Shown here: piece after piece, positions 10,675 through 23,168 of the stretch
Layout of the letters: every line of letters begins with the position of its first letter
Numbering within the stretch: position 1 is the first letter of the stretch
Source: Terriglobia bacterium
Lineage (GTDB): Bacteria > Acidobacteriota > Terriglobia > JAJPHL01 > JAPKYU01
Assembly: GCA_965223005.1 (NCBI GenBank)
Contig: CBDCVK010000002.1
Span: 224,001-288,000 of the forward strand
Direction: 5' to 3'
DNA: 64,000 bases
The notes under the pieces: generated by a model
Databases searched by the model: none
What the model was told of the DNA's origin: nothing
The model's input: the letters and a program-made list of their open reading frames with translations, nothing else
Translations under genes and position numbers: made by a program

Positions 10675-10802
10675 ATTCGATTGGAGTCGAATTCGTGATC
10701 CGGAATCTTGTCGGTCCCCGCCTGAGACTGAGTATGCCGGGCAGGAATTCAGCACCCCGAGAGCCTGAACACCGTGGGATGCTCATCACGATTCCTCCCT
10801 GG

Positions 10803-13448
10803 CTACGACAGAAGGCGGATCACCCCCGAGGTCCCGTCGACTTCGACCTGCTGGCCGTCGTGAAGCTTGGTCATCAATCGGTCGATGCCCACAACGCACG
10901 GCTTTCCGTACTCGCGCGCGATCACCGCACCGTGCTGCAGAATCCCACCGATCTCGAGCACGACCGCGGCGGCATTCACGAACAGCGGCGTCCAGCCCGG
11001 ATCCGTCGTATACGCCACCAACACGTCCCCCTTCTTGACCGGCTTCTCGTGGGGGTCGCGGAGCACCTTGACCGGACCCGTCACCACTCCGGGTGACACG
11101 GCCATCCCGCTCAGCTCACCGGGCTTCTCCTCGCGGGGGGGCGGGCGAAGGATCAGGCCTCGCGAGTCGATTACTTGAGGGAACTCCGTCACCTGTGCCT
11201 CGAGTCTCTTGATGAAGCGCGTCCGCTCCTCGCGGACTTCTCGCAGGTCCAACGAAGGATCCACGCTAGCCGATTCGAGCTCGCGTAACGTCAGATCGAA
11301 GACGTCCTCGGCTGCGTCGAGACGACCCTCCCGGACCAGGCGTCGGCCCTCGATCAGGGCACGCTTGCGAAGCGCGGAGGTGAACAAGACGCAGTGGTAC
11401 TTGGGCGTGTCGCGGGTTCCGGCGAACAGGTCGATCATTCGATAGACCCGGCGCAGCAGCGACCGCCGCAACCAACCCGAGCGCCTCATCAACTTTTCGT
11501 AGGCTCGCTGCCGCTCCTCTATCTGGCGCTGGTGTGCGGCCTCCGGATCAAAGCCCTCGTCGTCGACGGACATGATGGACATCTGCCACAGGGCGAGAAG
11601 GGGGTCGTCCCCGTAACGCGGGCTCGCCAGGTCCATCTCCAGGGGGCCGCGACAGCCAAACTTCGAGATGAAGGCGTCCCACGCGCTCAGGAACTCCGCC
11701 GACACCTGTCGATTCTCGATTTGTTCGGCCAACCGGGTCAGGTCCTGGAAGTCGGATCGGTCCAACAGGCTGGCCAGGCGAAACAGCGCTATCCCCATCT
11801 CGACGACGACGTTGCCCTTGAAACCCCGCTTGAGCTTCTCAGCGAGGGCTTTCGCCTCGGCTGAGTTCCTGCGGACTACGAGATCAGCCGACACCAGCCC
11901 AGCGAGCCCGGCGAGGAGCACGGACATCGTGACGTTGAACATCGGTCCCAGAGGGGCGGTGTAAGTGCGCCGGAATTCGTCGAGAGGAAGGGTGTAGTCG
12001 ACGTTCTTGGTTAGCTCTAGCTCGAAGGCGTCGACCTTCCGCTGGTACGCTCGGCGTGCGCGCTCGGGCGACAGAATGGTCCACGCCATGTTCCAGAGGA
12101 AGCCACGCAGCTGCCACAAGACCTTAGGAATGAACCTCAGGGTCCGGAACCCCACCCAGGGCGGTCTCGTGGCCGCGCGGTACCGCTTCGCGTCGACGTT
12201 GGCCAGGATCTCGCCCATCAGTACGTCGTTGTAGGCGCTGTTCTGAGACATTTTCTTTGGGCTCGCCAGCCACATCATGTTGGAGAAATTCATGTACATG
12301 CGGCCGCCCGCGAAGAACACCGGGCCCTTCTCAGGGTTGACGTCGGTTCCGACGAGATCCTCGAGAACGGGGGATATGAGATCCTCCATCCAGTCGAGCC
12401 CCATCGGCGAGATCGGCTTGTTGATCGTCAGCCCCTTCGACAGGGCAGCGTCCGCGTACAGCCTCCTACGTTCACCGGGCTCGGTCAGCATTTCTGGCGG
12501 GAGCGGCACGTGGGTGGTAATAGGGCGCGCCTGCAGCACGTGGAGCTGACCGCCGGCGTAGGCCCACTCGATGTCTGTCGGCTTCTCGTAGAGGTCCTCG
12601 ATTCGACATATCACGCCGGTCAGCTCGCTGAGCTGGGCGTCGCTGAGGGTGAGCTCCGCCGAACGATAGCCCTTCCGCTCCATAGTGCCGCCATCTGAAC
12701 CTAGCCAGATCGAGACCTGCTTGACGCCAAGTTTCTTGTCCAAAACCTGACGACTGACCTTGTCGACTCTGAAGTTGTCGGGTGATGCGAGGCCGGCGAC
12801 GACCGACTCCCCCAGGCCCCAGTTCGCGTCGATGACGGCCTCGTCGTAATCGTTCGTGAGTGGGTTGAGCGAGAAGCCCACGCCGGCGACCTCGCTGTCG
12901 ATCTGCTGCTGCACGACCACGGCGATGCGCGGCGACAGAACGTCGAAGCCGTGCTCCTTCTTGTAGACGAGCACGCGCTCATCGAGGCTCGAGGCAAAGC
13001 AGTGTCGCACCGCGTCGTCCAGATCGGCCGGGCGCACACCCAGTCGGGTCTTGTAGCCACCGGCGAACGAGGCTGACGCCAGGTCTTCCTCGGGTGAGGA
13101 CGAGCGCACTGCGAACAGCACGTCGTCGCCTAACGCTGTGAGGTTCTTGCGAAGGTCCTCCAGGGATTGACGCTGGGCTGCCGTCAGCCTTAGGGCAAGG
13201 CAGAACCCCTTCAGCTCGTTGCAGAGGGTCGCCCACTTGTCCGCCGTCGCGTCGGCGAGCGCCGCCCACGCCGCGGACGCCTGAATCTCGTCGAACCAGG
13301 GCACGAAGAACTCCGTCGTGAGCACGGCGCCGGGGGGAACGGGCAAGCCCGCCTCGACCATCCGTATCAACGAATAGCCCTTGCCGCCGACCTCCGCGAG
13401 GGTCGTCTCCTCGTTGCCGGGAAACGAAACGATCAGGGTCACGTCCAT
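10803..13448 (-). CDS. PEP/pyruvate-binding phosphotransferase (RPH-like architecture)
   Basis: N-terminal ATP-grasp (VGGKG, AVRSSSPEEDLASASFAG, LQARPIT) and C-terminal swivel His domain (TDPGWTPLF, HGAVIAREYG). Confidence 0.85.
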   Translation of the reverse strand: MDVTLIVSFPGNEETTLAEVGGKGYSLIRMVEAGLPVPPGAVLTTEFFVPWFDEIQASAAWAALADATADKWATLCNELKGFCLALRLTAAQRQSLEDLRKNLTALGDDVLFAVRSSSPEEDLASASFAGGYKTRLGVRPADLDDAVRHCFASSLDERVLVYKKEHGFDVLSPRIAVVVQQQIDSEVAGVGFSLNPLTNDYDEAVIDANWGLGESVVAGLASPDNFRVDKVSRQVLDKKLGVKQVSIWLGSDGGTMERKGYRSAELTLSDAQLSELTGVICRIEDLYEKPTDIEWAYAGGQLHVLQARPITTHVPLPPEMLTEPGERRRLYADAALSKGLTINKPISPMGLDWMEDLISPVLEDLVGTDVNPEKGPVFFAGGRMYMNFSNMMWLASPKKMSQNSAYNDVLMGEILANVDAKRYRAATRPPWVGFRTLRFIPKVLWQLRGFLWNMAWTILSPERARRAYQRKVDAFELELTKNVDYTLPLDEFRRTYTAPLGPMFNVTMSVLLAGLAGLVSADLVVRRNSAEAKALAEKLKRGFKGNVVVEMGIALFRLASLLDRSDFQDLTRLAEQIENRQVSAEFLSAWDAFISKFGCRGPLEMDLASPRYGDDPLLALWQMSIMSVDDEGFDPEAAHQRQIEERQRAYEKLMRRSGWLRRSLLRRVYRMIDLFAGTRDTPKYHCVLFTSALRKRALIEGRRLVREGRLDAAEDVFDLTLRELESASVDPSLDLREVREERTRFIKRLEAQVTEFPQVIDSRGLILRPPPREEKPGELSGMAVSPGVVTGPVKVLRDPHEKPVKKGDVLVAYTTDPGWTPLFVNAAAVVLEIGGILQHGAVIAREYGKPCVVGIDRLMTKLHDGQQVEVDGTSGVIRLLS

Positions 13449-13543
13449 ACCTTCGTGCCCGATGGCCTGGCCGGCCAGCGGGGACTTGGGAGGTGCGCTC
13501 CCACAAAGGTAGCTCCAAACAGTCATATTGACCTCATATTAGT

Positions 13544-13619
13544 ATTCCGAATTCCAAGATTCTGGCTCGGGCTGGTACCATCAGGACCCGCGGCCGACCC
13601 GCGTGGCGGAAGCCTCGCA
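13544..13619 (+). repeat. Third repeat family, 76-bp copy
   Basis: Colinear with 8611-8686. Confidence 0.65.
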
Positions 13620-13809
13620 CGTGCGGTGTGATGGCGCCCGGCGATTGTGACGTACTTTGTGACATAACCCTGCCATCCAAGCCCAACTAACCCCTTGTCA
13701 CTCGGTGTGCGTCAGTGTCACTCGTCGGAGGCACAGAATGGGGGGATGCACCGCTGCGCGTATCACTTGGGCTCACTCCCTCTCACTCCTTACTACGTCG
13801 CTTCCTGAA

Positions 13810-13854
13810 CTCCGGAACCAAAGGCCGCAGGTTCGAATCCTGCCGGGCGTACCA
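13810..13854 (+). repeat. tRNA-Arg(CCG) 3' half (att-site duplication)
   Basis: CTCCGGA anticodon loop, T-arm GCAGG-TTCGAAT-CCTGC, acceptor strand and CCA; no 5' half upstream; identical to 23611-23655. Confidence 0.85.
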
Positions 13855-13955
13855 CTCTTCTTCTCGGGGAATCAACAGGTTGGCGGGAATTGGCGTTAGG
13901 CGAGATTGGGCCGTTTTGGTGCAGGTGTGCAAGAAGTGTGCAAGATGGGACATGG

Positions 13956-14084
13956 CTAGTTAATCCCGGCTACTTCCTTCTGGATCGGAATTACCTGCTG
14001 CTGTTGCTGCTGTTCGGCCTCTAGGTATTCCTCGGCTTTGAGCAGAGCTTCTTGCTGGTCCTTTTCGTCAATGATGTCATACCT
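13956..14084 (-). pseudogene. Probable C-terminal tail of a phage-type tyrosine integrase
   Basis: RYDIIDEKDQQEALLKAEEYLE..*, resembling the catalytic-Tyr tail of island integrases; points toward the tRNA half. Confidence 0.5.
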
Positions 14085-14507
14085 GGTGCCAAGAAGCTAG
14101 GTACGGCTGTCCGCCGCCTGAGGGTTCAAGCGGTGAGGTGCCGCCTGTTCCGAAATGTTCTGATGCGTGTAGTACGGTCTGGGTTCAATGCAACGACGAG
14201 AATCCATGGGACCCAGGGGCAGCCTGCGACTGCGCCAAGCGCCGCTGCATCGATCGCATTAGTGGAGAGATTCGGCACATTGAATGTGCGTGTAGCGGAC
14301 TCGTGATTGGAGGGCGACTGGGAGCGCCGAGGAAGTGGGGAACGACAGGTGCGCATAAAGTCTCTGGACCCGAAGATGTTTCCCAAGAGACGAGCCGCTC
14401 TCGCGAAGGTCGCGCATTGCTGGCGACGGAATCAAGAAAGCGGACTGAACAGCAGCAAAAGAAGAAGTAGCCAGTCAAGGTGCCCGCCATCGTATGGACG
14501 GTTAGGG

Positions 14508-14639
14508 CAGGTGTGCACTTTGGTGTGCAGGAAGTGGGGCAGAAATGCTCCCACTTAAGCGGACAACTGGGAATGCTATCCGCATTGCTTTTCTGCCCCT
14601 TGTGGTACTGATTCGGCTGGAGTAGGTTGCGGAATTCCC
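14508..14639 (+). mobile_element. Integrative element right end (GTGTGCA arm repeats)
   Basis: 132 bp with 5 mismatches to 23479-23610; GTGTGCA direct repeats at 14511 and 14523; abuts a tRNA half. Confidence 0.75.
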
Positions 14640-14684
14640 CTCATAACCCAAAGGTCGTCGGTTCAAATCCGACCCCCGCAACCA
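14640..14684 (+). repeat. tRNA-fMet(CAT) 3' half (att-site duplication)
   Basis: CTCATAACCC..GTCGG-TTCAAAT-CCGAC-CCCCGCAACCA; identical to 23110-23154. Confidence 0.88.
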
Positions 14685-14956
14685 AACTAGATCAGCGGGT
14701 TAGAGCCGCTCCCCCGGAAACAACCTAGGTTCGTTAGGGTGCGAATCCCTGCTTGGCCCCTTTGTTTCGTAAAACTCGGTTGCACTGCAGGCCGACCCAG
14801 AAGGGTGATCCACCGCTGATGCGAATGATCCTCTCCATGGACGACTCCCAGAATGGCGACGAGGACGTTTGCCTGCGACAAACAGGCAAGATCTTCACGG
14901 AAAATTTACTTAGCTCAGAAGCCAAAGTCGGTTAGAATCGGCGCCCATTCTCGACC

Positions 14957-16636
14957 ATGTTATTGGGGTGCGTGACCATGTCCTTCTGCTCGACTCAATC
15001 CCTGCGGCTGGCCTTCTGCATAGTCCTGGCATCGGTGTTCGCGAAGAACCTTCTGGCCGAGCGACCGAAGCCCCAACTGGTGCTTCTGATAGTGGTCGAC
15101 GAACTCCGCGGAGACATGTTGTGGCGATTCCAGGATCGATTCGGTCCCGGAGGGTTGCGCTACTTGATCGAGGAAGGTATCGCATACAAGCAGGCCTACT
15201 ATCGCCACTCGACGACCTTCACCGCGTCTGGCCACGCGACTCTGGCCACCGGCGGCCACGCGGCACTGCATGGATTTCCCGGAAACGATTGGTACGACCC
15301 GAGACTCGGCCGTCGTGTCTACTGTGTGGAAGACGATCGGTACAACGTGATCGACCAAGCCGGAGAATTGCATACTGGAACCTCGCCTCGGAACCTCACC
15401 TCAACTACCTTCGGCGACGAGCTTGTTCTGGCAACCGACGGGCGGGCCCGCGTCTTTTCCGTATCGATTAAAGATCGGGGGGCGATCATTCCCGGAGGTC
15501 ATCTCGGTAAAGCCTTCTGGTACTCGAAAAACACCGGTGGATTCATCACCAGCACCTACTACTTCCATGAGTATCCAGGATGGGTAAAGAGGTGGAATGG
15601 GGCGAAAAAGGCCGACCGCTACCAGAACCAAACCTGGGACCTGTTGCGGGATCGATCCAGCTATCTCTACGCAGCCCGCGACGACCGCTCCAGCGAGCGA
15701 TCCTATAAGCATCTAGGCAGGACTTTTCCTCACCCGCTGGGCAATCCCAATCCCCAAGACTTCTACTCCGCATTACGCTTCACGCCGATGTCCGATGAAT
15801 TGACCCTGGAGTTCGCCAAAGAGATTCTCGCCCAGGAATCACTGGGAAAAGGTGGGGCAACCGATGTCTTGGCCGTGAGCTTGTCGGCAAGTGATTACAT
15901 CGGCCATGCTTTTGGCCCCAACAGCCTTGAGACAGAGGACAATCTGCTGCGTCTCGATCGATACCTGGCGGAATTTTTCGGGTTCGTCGACGGCCATGTC
16001 GGTCTGGACCAGACGCTCATCGTGCTGTCTTCGGATCGTGGCATCGATGCGATCCCGGAATTCAAGGTCGGCCTCGGCATGGCTGCCGGTCGGCACCGTC
16101 CTGACCGCTTCCTCAGGACTATCAACGACGAACTGAAGAAACGGCTGGATACCCAGAAGGACCTGGTGAAGGTCTTCTGGAATCCGTCCCTCTATCTGAA
16201 TCTGGAAGTCGTACAGGATCTGGGTCTTCAGGTTGAAGAGGTGGAACGACTGGTGGCCGCAGAGATCCTGAAGCTTCCCGGGTTCGCGCTTGCCGTGACG
16301 AGGACCGACCTGCTGGCTGGGCACCTCAGTTCCGGTCCGATTCAGCAGAAGGTGCAACTGGCTTTTCACCCCCAGCGATCGGGCAACGTCCTGGTCGTAC
16401 AGAGTCCTTCCTGGTATCTGTATCCGGACGCAGAAAAGTATTCCGCCATGCACGGCTCTCCCTACACCTACGATACCTACGTCCCGATCTTGATCGCTGG
16501 TGCTGGAATCCGACCGCAGGTTGTCCAGCGTCAGGTCGCTCCCCAGGACATCGCTCCGACAATCACGAGTTTGTTGGGAGTGGTGCCGCCGTCGGGTTCA
16601 ACTGGGACACCGCTGGTCGAAGTTCTCGGAAACTGA
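14957..16636 (+). CDS. Alkaline phosphatase family protein (PafA-like)
   Basis: VVDELRGD, Thr-nucleophile motif TASGHAT, SIKDRGA, DYIGHAFGP, MHGSPY.YD.YVP; the DHG ligand motif reads DRG. Confidence 0.85.
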   Translation: MLLGCVTMSFCSTQSLRLAFCIVLASVFAKNLLAERPKPQLVLLIVVDELRGDMLWRFQDRFGPGGLRYLIEEGIAYKQAYYRHSTTFTASGHATLATGGHAALHGFPGNDWYDPRLGRRVYCVEDDRYNVIDQAGELHTGTSPRNLTSTTFGDELVLATDGRARVFSVSIKDRGAIIPGGHLGKAFWYSKNTGGFITSTYYFHEYPGWVKRWNGAKKADRYQNQTWDLLRDRSSYLYAARDDRSSERSYKHLGRTFPHPLGNPNPQDFYSALRFTPMSDELTLEFAKEILAQESLGKGGATDVLAVSLSASDYIGHAFGPNSLETEDNLLRLDRYLAEFFGFVDGHVGLDQTLIVLSSDRGIDAIPEFKVGLGMAAGRHRPDRFLRTINDELKKRLDTQKDLVKVFWNPSLYLNLEVVQDLGLQVEEVERLVAAEILKLPGFALAVTRTDLLAGHLSSGPIQQKVQLAFHPQRSGNVLVVQSPSWYLYPDAEKYSAMHGSPYTYDTYVPILIAGAGIRPQVVQRQVAPQDIAPTITSLLGVVPPSGSTGTPLVEVLGN

Positions 16637-17182
16637 GTCGAGCGGGAACTACGTGGACTAGGAATAATCGCCAATCCCACTGCCGCGTCTAGAAAGAAAC
16701 CAGCTTTAGAAAATCGCGGCGCTCCGATGTCGAATCAGCAACTTGAATGCTGACCCTTCACAAAGGCCGCTTACGCGTACCGTGGGACCGGCTCAACTCG
16801 GCTCCGTGCGCGCGATATTCGTGGGATTTACGAGAGCGCCTCGCCCATCCCCGCGAAAACACCGAACCTGTATGCAAGCAGTTTTCTTGACGCAATCCGC
16901 AATCTGTTCCGAGATGCTGCTTTCGGGGTACACGCGAAGATTGTCGAATGACCCTAATCTCTTGGTCCGACAAAAGGGTTGAGGAGTTGGTTCCGTCTAG
17001 GTGAGTCCGCAGATCCTCGGGTAGGGATCCGAACTGGACTTGGACCGGCGGCGTTCTTGGGTTCGATTTGGGTTCAATAACTATTACCCAGCCTTCCTGA
17101 AGCTTCCTCAACATTGCTATGCGTACCGCAAAATGAATCACTTAGCCAAAAGGGGTTAAACTCATAACCAAAAGGGGTTAAA

Positions 17183-17225
17183 CTCATAACCCAGGTCGTT
17201 GGTTCAAATCCAACCCCCGCAACCA
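17183..17225 (+). repeat. tRNA-fMet 3' half (variant allele)
   Basis: CTCATAACCCAGGTC-GTTGG-TTCAAAT-CCAAC-CCCCGCAACCA; preceded by a 22-bp tandem duplication at 17146-17189. Confidence 0.82.
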
Positions 17226-17285
17226 AAAAATCAAGGGGTTAGGGGACGTTACCCTAGCCCCCTACTTTTTTATCTAACAGCTATC

Positions 17286-17477
17286 TAACAACTCGCCAGG
17301 CACGGGCTCTGAAACAGAGAAGTGAGAGCCTTGACACTAAGAAGTCGGACCTCGCAAGGGTCAAAGGGTCGCGGCACAGTGTTAACAACTCGCCAGGCAC
17401 GGGCTCTGAAACAGAGAAGTGAGAGCCTTGACACTAAGAAGTCGGACCTCGCAAGGGAAGGGTCGCGGCACAGTGTT
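17286..17477 (+). repeat. 97-bp tandem duplication
   Basis: Unit TAACAACTCGCCAGG..CACAGTGT starts at 17286 and 17383; near identical with one short indel. Confidence 0.9.
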
Positions 17478-17549
17478 TATGTAGCTCCGCTCCAAGAAAC
17501 TTTTGGTGAAAAATGCTTCAACTAGAACGCCCGGTCAACCTGACTCCCC

Positions 17550-17634
17550 GACTTGGCTGTATAGTCGGCTATCCGGACAAGTGATCCTCTATGCCCGCCA
17601 GGGTAGTGGTCAGTTTCCGATAAGGGCGTTATAC
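17550..17634 (+). repeat. Paired-site element (type 1), copy 4, truncated after GTTATAC
   Basis: GACTTGGCTGTATA-GTCGGC-TATCCGGACAAGTG plus type-1 loop and GTCAGTTTCCGATAAGGGCGTTATAC. Confidence 0.8.
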
Positions 17635-17729
17635 TCGGAATTCTCAACCCTTCTCCACTCTCATAGTCGGCCGTCACGCGACAAGGTTTCTTGTCTTTCC
17701 TACGCTCCCATCCGGGTTCAACCTTGGGT

Positions 17730-18308
17730 TCAAGAGGCGCGGAGTGGGGCCGGTGGCACAACTTGGTTGATCGTCCCGTTGCCTACGTCGTAGACGAAGC
17801 CGGAGACGACCAGTTGATCTGGCGTTCCGGGGGTGTGGCGGAGTCGTTCGACGTCGTCTTGCACAGACGTGGTAGGGTCGCTGATTGCCATTGCCGATAC
17901 TTCGTCGACACTGAGGCCGAGCCGTTCTGCCACCTGTCCCTGGATAGCCGGGTTGGCGAGACGAGACATTCCGCAATCGGTGTGGTGGATAACGACAAGT
18001 TCCGGCTGCCTAGGGCTGGTTCCCGGCTGGCTGAAGGCGGCGGCCAGAACGCCGAGAATGCCGAGATCTCGTATCACTGCGGGGGTGATCCTGCCGCCTG
18101 CGTTACGCATGACGACCGCGTCGCCGAGTCCGAGCCCGAAAAGGTGTGCAGGATCGACGCGGGCGTCGAGGCAGGTCAAGAGGATCGTTGACATACGGGG
18201 CGAAATCTTGAGGTCTCCTGCCGCGAACTGCTCAGCAAAGCTCCGGTTGCGATCGAGTAGCGTGGTCAGGTCAGCCGTCTCTCCCCCTGTTGTCTGTTCC
18301 TTAGTCAT
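17730..18308 (-). CDS. Beta-class carbonic anhydrase
   Basis: Zn ligand motifs CLDAR and HHTDCG, plus RNAGGR; RBS AGGAGG. Confidence 0.88.
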   Translation of the reverse strand: MTKEQTTGGETADLTTLLDRNRSFAEQFAAGDLKISPRMSTILLTCLDARVDPAHLFGLGLGDAVVMRNAGGRITPAVIRDLGILGVLAAAFSQPGTSPRQPELVVIHHTDCGMSRLANPAIQGQVAERLGLSVDEVSAMAISDPTTSVQDDVERLRHTPGTPDQLVVSGFVYDVGNGTINQVVPPAPLRAS

Positions 18309-18530
18309 ACTGTCTTCCTCCTTTCTCAATGTATTATCCGTGCCCAAGACGACCGGCGGGCCATCGCTTGGTCCGTCGTCGACATAGTCCACCCGGCCCT
18401 CCTCTCGGCAGAAGCCTTGTCATCCATGGCGCCCCCTGGGAAGTTTGAGCCCGGAGGTCTTGCCCTAAGGGGTACAACGCCGGGGAGAGCTGAGAAGTTC
18501 CCGTCCCTTCCTCAAGCGTGATTTTCTGGA

Positions 18531-19097
18531 TCAGGCGGGATCGCGCCCGACTGGAGCTGCCGCTTCATGTTCCGCCCTCCATTCTTTGTTTTGGTAACAA
18601 AATTCAGGGTTTTTCAGTGTGGAATGTCCCTGCGCGCGGTGGTAGGTCTCTAAATCAGGAACGCGGGTCAGCATGACCTTCATTAAATTCTTGAGGGCCC
18701 TCAGTTTATTCACCACAGTTGGCTTTGCGACGGAACTATCCGCAATATAGCGTCGGGCAATCGTTTCAAAACCCTCCGGATCTCGCCCGACGATTTCCTT
18801 CACCACGCTGGTCGGCGCGCTTACTTCCATAGTTCCGTTGAACGCTTCCTCATTGTAATCCGAGACCTGGGAATACGTGTAGATTGGGAGTCCGGCCGCC
18901 TTTACCGCTTTTCGAAACATTTGTTTGGACATTTTCTGAGCCACAACCTTTCTTCCCAGGATCTTCCCGATAATGTCGGCCATTTCCTGCGTCGAGAGGA
19001 TCTTGGGCCCGGTCGGGCTATAGGTTTTTCCTGCGTGTTTTGCTGGGTCCTTAAGGATATGGGCCGCCACCGCGCCCATATCCTCATCGGACGGCAA
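18531..19097 (-). pseudogene. 5'-truncated NmrA-like NAD(P)H-binding protein
   Basis: EDMGAVAAHIL..HAGKTY.PTGP C-terminal half only; the Rossmann N-terminus is absent. Confidence 0.65.
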
Positions 19098-19195
19098 GTT
19101 CCACCGTCGAGGGATAGCCCCGGTCGCCCGTAGTCCCGTCCCCAGAGATGATCATCGCGTGGGACCCTCTCAGCAGCGTGGTCGTGAGGTGAGCT

Positions 19196-21463
<2,268 letters not shown>

Positions 21464-21979
21464 CTAAGACTGCAGTGCCAACGGCGAACGAGTCGGCAAC
21501 CATTTTGTTTACAATCGCTTGTTCTAATCTTCTGACTTCCCGCCCGGTTTTAGGCCGACCGGTTGCTCCGAATAATTCCGACGCTTTCGCCAGCGGTGGC
21601 CTTCCGCAATCCGTCCAAGGGGCTGTGGACCGCTCGACGGCACCCGGTGACAGACTGCCTCGATTAGACCGCCGATCAACCTGCCGGTCAAGGCCGTAGC
21701 ACCTTACCGCGCTTTCCGCACCTAGGGTGCTGGGCAGGCTCCACTTGGTTAACAACAACGCTGGATAGATCCTGACTAACGGGCTAGGGTTGACTGAAGG
21801 CTCTCAACTCGCGGACCGTCGCCGACACCGAAGTTACCGTCCACCCTGCTCGTAAAGATTGCCACCGGTCTGATCCAGAATTCTGACGATACATGAGCTT
21901 ACCGGACGCTTACGATGTTTAACCCTGACATCGCTCCAGTGGCTAGCCAATTGACGAAGGGCGGCGCCGGGATCTGGTG

Positions 21980-22790
21980 TCACTTCTCTTTTCGACGGGC
22001 TGAGGAACTGGCGGCTTGAGCAGCCACAGTAGGCAGAGTGGCCGTGGTAGGTTGGCCACTTACCCTTCCAGAGTTTGTGAAGTCACCAAGCCGGAAGAAG
22101 TAGTTGCCCTTGGTCAAAATAATCAGCCCTTCAGGAGCCTTGCTTCCGGTGGGGAGGAGGTCTACGCAATTTTCGTGCAGATCGCCTAGAACCTGTTCGG
22201 CATCCTCATCCGCCATAACATGCGGCACCCCTATCTCAGTTAGGATTTTGCAGTCTATTGGATAGCCGTGCGCCTTGTACCTGACCATGAAGGCTTGCTT
22301 GATTTTCTCTTTTGCGTCTGGAGTTACTCCATGCCATCCTTCCAGCGCCTGCTCTAGGTACTGCTCGCAAATTTCGATCGCGGCCGCATAGGCTCCGATC
22401 CAAAATGGATCGAGTTTATCGGCCATGGCCATTTTCACCGTTGGATCTTTGGTTGCCTCCACTCGTTGGACCGCCTCTCCAATTGAGTTAGCAGGGAAAA
22501 ACACCCCTTTCCTCTCTGGATGAAGGACCTGTGGATCAACAGGGCCAAGTTGCGCTGAGGTTGTCAATACCATCGTGTCGGCGGCGAGTGTCAGTAGCGT
22601 TGCTGCACTCTTAGCCATAAACGGCACGACTACCCTGAAGGTCCCAAACCTTGCCCGGCAGAGACTAGCGAGTGCCGAAGCGGCATCCGCACTACCGCCG
22701 CGGGAATGAAGTATTAGATCAATCCCATTCCCTTTGGGCAGTTTGCGGATGACCTTTTTGAAAGCGTAGAGCAGGTCCGTGGACAGAAGC
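21980..22790 (-). pseudogene. SDH-family Clp-fold serine protease, N-terminus disrupted
   Basis: The frame extends upstream of the ORF call through IDLILHSRGGSADAA..VPFMAKSAATLLTLAAD..LGPVDPQ; an in-frame stop lies upstream with no good start. Confidence 0.7.
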
Positions 22791-23109
22791 CTGAAAGGTA
22801 GACTTGTCCATTTAGATCACCAGCCACGCGGCGAGCCTAGTAGAAGGCTTCGTAGGCGCAGTACTGCGTGTTGTCTTCGGGATTTGCGGACGACTGCCAG
22901 CAGCGCTTTAAACTCACGATACTGGTCAACCGCCTTCTTGAGTTCGAGATATTGGCGCCTAGGTGCGGCGCGCTGGGAAACTTTGGTTGGGATGGGGGAA
23001 AGGAGCGGGGGAGTTCTTGGGTTCGATAAGCATTCCCGAGCCTTCCTGAAACTTCCTCAACATTGCTATGCGTACCGCAAAATGAACAACTTAGCCCAAA
23101 GAAGTTAAA

Positions 23110-23154
23110 CTCATAACCCAAAGGTCGTCGGTTCAAATCCGACCCCCGCAACCA
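23110..23154 (+). repeat. tRNA-fMet(CAT) 3' half
   Basis: Identical to 14640-14684; preceded by an ~70-bp end shared with 17090-17160. Confidence 0.88.
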
Positions 23155-23168
23155 ACCTTTCGATTTTA

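Noticed and set aside
14687-14881. Second integrase C-terminal remnant (LVAILG..) after the first fMet half
   Set aside because: The similarity is too short and broken to support by eye.
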